A DNA stretch of 32,000 nt, from contig NZ_BCZP01000038.1 in assembly GCF_001598795.1 (NCBI RefSeq), positions 9,635-41,634 of the forward strand, given 5' to 3'. Under the pieces are notes generated by a model that worked only from the letters and a program-made list of their open reading frames with translations, did no database searches and had not been told where the DNA came from. The position numbers were made by a program, and so were the translations under genes. The DNA comes from Delftia acidovorans NBRC 14950. GTDB lineage: Bacteria; Pseudomonadota; Gammaproteobacteria; Burkholderiales; Burkholderiaceae_C. This document shows, piece after piece, positions 30,341 through 32,000 of the stretch; position 1 is the first letter of the stretch; every line of letters starts with the position of its first letter.

Positions 30341-32000
30341 ATGCTCACCAATCAATTTCTCCTGCCCCTCGCGGCAAAGCTGGTGATCGACCTGTTTGCC
30401 GGCGGCGGCGGCGCATCGACAGGCATCGAGCAGGCCATCGGCCGACCCGTTGATGTCGCCATCAACCACGATGCTGACGCCATCGGCATGCACGAGGTCA
30501 ACCATCCGCAGACCAGGCACTACCGTTCCGACATCCGAGAAGTGGACCCCCTCGCTGTGACACGCGGCGAGCTTGTGGGCCTGCTTCACGCATCGCCCGA
30601 CTGCACGCACCACAGTCAGGCCCTGGGCGGCCAGCCCCGCAACGGGGAAGTCCGGTCGCTCGCATGGATCGTCATCCGCTGGGCCGGCAAGACCCAGCCC
30701 GATGTCATCACGCTGGAGAACGTCGAACAGATGATGCAGTGGTCCCCGCTGATTGCGAAGCGCGACCCCGCCACGGGCCGCGTCATCACGCTGGACCGCA
30801 TCACGGACCCTGCCACGGGCAAAGCCACCTTCCGCGTAGCCGAACCCGGCGAGGTGGTGCCGCGCGGCAATCAGTTCCTGGTGCCAGACCCCAAGCACAA
30901 GGGCCGCAACTGGCGCCACTTCATCCAGGCGCTGCGCGACCTGGGCTACAAGGTGGAATGGCGGGTGATCTGCAACGCCACCCTGGGCTCTCGCAGCACC
31001 CGCACACGGCTGTACCTGATCGCCCGCCGCGACGGCCTGCCCATCGTGTGGCCAGCGCAGACGCACTGGAAGCATCCGAAGGCGGGCCAGAAGCCATTCC
31101 GCCAGGCAGCCGAGTGCATCGACTGGAGCATCCCCGGGCAAAGCATCTTCGGGCGCAAGAAGGAACTGGCGCCGGCCACCATGCGGCGGATCGCGCATGG
31201 CCTGGACAAGTTCGTGCTGAACAGCCCCCAGCCGTTCATCGTGAACATGGCCCATGGCGGGAAAATCGAAAAGCTCGACCGACCCATGAGCACCATCGCC
31301 ACGGAGAAAGGCGGGTGCCGTGCCCTGGTGTCACCGACCCTCATCCAGATGGGCTACGGCGAGGCCAAGGGCCAAGCACCGCGCGTGCTGGATCTGTCCC
31401 AGCCCCTGGGCACGGCCGTGGCCGGCGGCATTAAACACGCCGTCAGCTCGGCATACCTGGTGCAGGCCGGGCACGGCGAGGGCAAGGACGGCGGCAAGCG
31501 CTGGAGCCATGGGGCCAACGACATCCGGGGGCCGCTGGGCACCGTGACGGCCAGCGGCGGCGGGCAGAGTCTGGCATCCGCGTTCATGGTCCAGGCCAAT
31601 GGCGGATTCAACAGCACGCCAGCACGCGACCTGCGCGACCCTGTAACGACCGTGACCACCAGCGGCAGCCAGCAGCAGCTGATCGCCGCCCACCTCACGG
31701 CGCTCGGCCAGAACGCGATAGGCAGCGATCTGCGAGACCCTGCACAGACAGTCCTCGCTGGTGCGACACGCTTTGGCCTGGTCCAGTACCACCTGTCGCC
31801 TGAGCAGGAAGCCGGCGCCCTGCGCTGCGCAGCCTTCCTGATGCGCTACCACGCCAGCGGCGGCCAGTGGGCGGACCTGCGCGACCCGATGACCACCATC
31901 ACCACGCGCGACCGCCTAGCGCTCGTGACGGTCTGGCTCAAGGGCGAGCCCTGGGTGATCGTGGACATCACGCTGCGCATGCTGGTGCCGCGCGAGCTCT
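30341..32000 (+). CDS. DNA (cytosine-5)-methyltransferase, 3'-truncated by the window edge
   Basis: My own translation; the ORF has no stop in the window, so it is absent from the track. GAGGAG SD. Motif I DLFAGGGG, catalytic region HASPDCTHHS, motif VI TLENVEQ, and C-terminal LRMLVPREL. Confidence 0.9.
   Translation, partial: MLTNQFLLPLAAKLVIDLFAGGGGASTGIEQAIGRPVDVAINHDADAIGMHEVNHPQTRHYRSDIREVDPLAVTRGELVGLLHASPDCTHHSQALGGQPRNGEVRSLAWIVIRWAGKTQPDVITLENVEQMMQWSPLIAKRDPATGRVITLDRITDPATGKATFRVAEPGEVVPRGNQFLVPDPKHKGRNWRHFIQALRDLGYKVEWRVICNATLGSRSTRTRLYLIARRDGLPIVWPAQTHWKHPKAGQKPFRQAAECIDWSIPGQSIFGRKKELAPATMRRIAHGLDKFVLNSPQPFIVNMAHGGKIEKLDRPMSTIATEKGGCRALVSPTLIQMGYGEAKGQAPRVLDLSQPLGTAVAGGIKHAVSSAYLVQAGHGEGKDGGKRWSHGANDIRGPLGTVTASGGGQSLASAFMVQANGGFNSTPARDLRDPVTTVTTSGSQQQLIAAHLTALGQNAIGSDLRDPAQTVLAGATRFGLVQYHLSPEQEAGALRCAAFLMRYHASGGQWADLRDPMTTITTRDRLALVTVWLKGEPWVIVDITLRMLVPREL

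Larger units (their letters stand above)
2874..32000. mobile_element. Lambdoid-type prophage or prophage remnant (head, packaging, replication, immunity and recombination modules; right end outside the window)
   Basis: Contiguous phage modules: capsid, portal and terminase; DnaB, RusA and NinB; Cro/CI switch; exonuclease, RecT and methylase. No tail, lysis or integrase genes in the window. Confidence 0.85.

Noticed and set aside
30131-31255. 374-aa minus-strand ORF
   Set aside because: It is antisense to the cytosine methyltransferase, whose motifs I, IV and VI are unambiguous on the plus strand.
1-32000. tRNA, rRNA, integrase or att sites
   Set aside because: I scanned the intergenic regions (notably 21019-21538, 22240-22524, 29128-29273 and 30132-30340). 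I found no cloverleaf-compatible sequence, no tyrosine or serine recombinase motifs, and no flanking direct repeats that I could verify by eye.

Overview
High-GC DNA (about 70% GC in hand-counted backbone lines) dominated by a lambdoid-organised prophage or prophage remnant, from about 2.9 kb to past the right edge. A divergent immunity switch lies at 19.97-21.16 kb: a Cro-like HTH gene (minus), an S24-peptidase CI-like repressor (plus), and two near-identical 43-bp promoter-operator cassettes flanking the repressor gene. Leftward on the minus strand run a tandem-RHH protein, replication initiator, DnaB, RusA, NinB, two unknowns, TerS, TerL, portal, scaffold, an N4-gp56-type major capsid protein, small head proteins and a 440-aa low-complexity protein. 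Rightward on the plus strand run small unknowns, an Arc-like RHH, an HNH endonuclease, an ASCH-like protein, a YqaJ-type exonuclease with RecT, an H-NS-like protein and a C5 cytosine methyltransferase cut by the window edge. No tail, lysis or integrase genes, and no tRNA or rRNA, are visible. Bases 1-123 are the trailer of a type I-F-like CRISPR array (28-nt repeats, 32-nt spacers) that continues upstream. The best candidates for uncharacterised prophage-borne defence, exclusion or conversion functions are several low-GC or oppositely oriented insertions. These are a 2-TM coiled-coil protein (13.0-14.1 kb), a gene embedded antisense in the early-right operon (19.4-19.9 kb), a TM protein inside the head module (4.3-4.8 kb), an overlapping two-gene operon (0.5-1.9 kb) and a secreted protein (29.3-30.1 kb). 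All functional calls rest on by-eye motif recognition; no database search, structure prediction or exhaustive repeat search was possible.
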